From a virus (Duplodnaviria > Caudoviricetes): a stretch of 26,074 nucleotides of DNA. The stretch lies in the IMG/VR virus record IMGVR_UViG_3300046163_000019, positions 1 through 26,074 of that record; one strand, 5' to 3'. The translations under genes were made by a program, and so were the position numbers. Below, one piece after another: positions 25,047 through 26,074 of the stretch (its first letter is position 1; each line of letters opens with the position of its first letter). The notes under the pieces are model-generated. The model saw only the letters and a list, made by a program, of their open reading frames with translations. It was not told the DNA's origin and did no database searches.

Positions 25047-26074
25047 TATCGTAATCTCCTTGGTTTATAGGTAAACATAATTCCATTAATTTCCCAACTA
25101 CTAGATTCAGTTGGACCATTAATCTTTAACGCAACAGACTTGGCACTACCAAGACTCTGCACACGAACGACATCAGTTATCTTGTTAGCTGACTCAGCAC
25201 CCCAAATACCTTTATTAGAGTCACCGCTTTCATCCTCATAAGCCCACGTTGCAGTATCCCACACAGAAGAAGACTCTCGACCAAGTATATTAATATCTAC
25301 TGTCTTGCGAGAAGAAGCCTTGTCATAGTCTGTGTAGACTTCTACAGCCATAGTCAAAGTAGACGCAGCATCCATAATAACCTGAGGTCTCCCCCAACGT
25401 TTTTTAGTTACAGGATTCTTACCTGAAAGCCAAGGAGTAGTAAAATGAGAGTCTACATGAGTAGCATTAGAGCCATCATAGGCATCAGTAGGATTAGATT
25501 GTTCAAGTTTAATAACACGACCTGCGTTAGCAGTCGTCTTGCAAGCTCCCAACAAAATAGGCTCTCCACCTGGAGGAGCATGTACATGCAACGTAGTAGC
25601 ATCAATATCAGTTAAAGTCCAAGACTTCATAGTAGGATCAAAAACCATAACATGACGTTTCGTTACTTGAGTGCCTGACTTGTAGTATTCCAACATGTCA
25701 AGCGAAAGATATAAACGATTCTCAAACCAAGCTAGTTGTGGTGGAGTAGTAAAGCTAATCCTGCCATTATCTATAGCAGGTCTTAGCTTCTCAAACACAT
25801 TGGTAAAACTTTCGCCATTGTACAGATATACACCTGCACGATCATGCCAAAAGAACACACCATATGGTGTTGATACAGGGGATGACAACGCTATCGAACC
25901 TACATCTCTAGATAGCGCAGTTAGTTGGAAAGAATCAGAATCAAACCCATACATAGCATGAACACTATTGTTCTTAAATATGAGCAAACGATCAGCAAGA
26001 GGAACTAACGCAGTAATAACGTCACCACGTTCACCTACATCTATATCTACATAATCTGTGTTAGTCCACTTTTC
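25046..26074 (-). CDS. Tail tube/nozzle (stabilisation-type beta-propeller) protein, start lies beyond the window
   Basis: Frame is open to 26074 (EKWTNTDYVD...ITALVPLADRLLIFK); beta-propeller-like sequence upstream of the fibres. Confidence 0.8.
   Translation of the reverse strand, partial: EKWTNTDYVDIDVGERGDVITALVPLADRLLIFKNNSVHAMYGFDSDSFQLTALSRDVGSIALSSPVSTPYGVFFWHDRAGVYLYNGESFTNVFEKLRPAIDNGRISFTTPPQLAWFENRLYLSLDMLEYYKSGTQVTKRHVMVFDPTMKSWTLTDIDATTLHVHAPPGGEPILLGACKTTANAGRVIKLEQSNPTDAYDGSNATHVDSHFTTPWLSGKNPVTKKRWGRPQVIMDAASTLTMAVEVYTDYDKASSRKTVDINILGRESSSVWDTATWAYEDESGDSNKGIWGAESANKITDVVRVQSLGSAKSVALKINGPTESSSWEINGIMFTYKPRRLR

Noticed and set aside
1-26074. Diversity-generating retroelement, integrase/att site, or stop-codon reassignment
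   Set aside because: No reverse transcriptase or recombinase ORF, no TR/VR pair noticed, and genes are full length in the standard code with all three stops in use

Overview
This window is part of a tailed dsDNA bacteriophage genome, probably podovirus-like and infecting Actinobacteria (WhiB-family gene, r1t-type holin, amidase-2/PG-binding endolysin). It has two converging arms. The + strand arm (1-12612) carries about 20 small early genes with very strong AGGAGGTGA Shine-Dalgarno sites, two C5 cytosine methyltransferases and whiB. It continues into a replication/recombination module: PD-(D/E)XK exonuclease, DnaB-like helicase, AEP primase, RusA, a second nuclease-like gene and a sigma-region-4-like protein. 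The - strand arm (26074-12601) carries a tail tube/nozzle protein, two tail fibres (one collagen-like), three probable ejection proteins, the endolysin, low-complexity basic proteins and the holin. Main leads: (1) a dual-coding methyltransferase with a nested +1-frame LLPTP-repeat polypeptide; (2) two intergenic RNA structures that show an anti-SD in a loop just upstream of the matching SD (pseudoknot-type translational switches); (3) two families of repeated palindromes in the early region; (4) a TGGGACAG-N13-TAGGAGG motif before two late genes; (5) -1 frame breaks in adjacent genes (MTase 2 and whiB), which may be sequencing indels; (6) a very basic GG[SY]P-repeat protein followed by a coupled 12-aa basic micropeptide. 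I saw no CRISPR array, tRNA, integrase or polymerase. All family assignments come from motif recognition by eye, not database searches.
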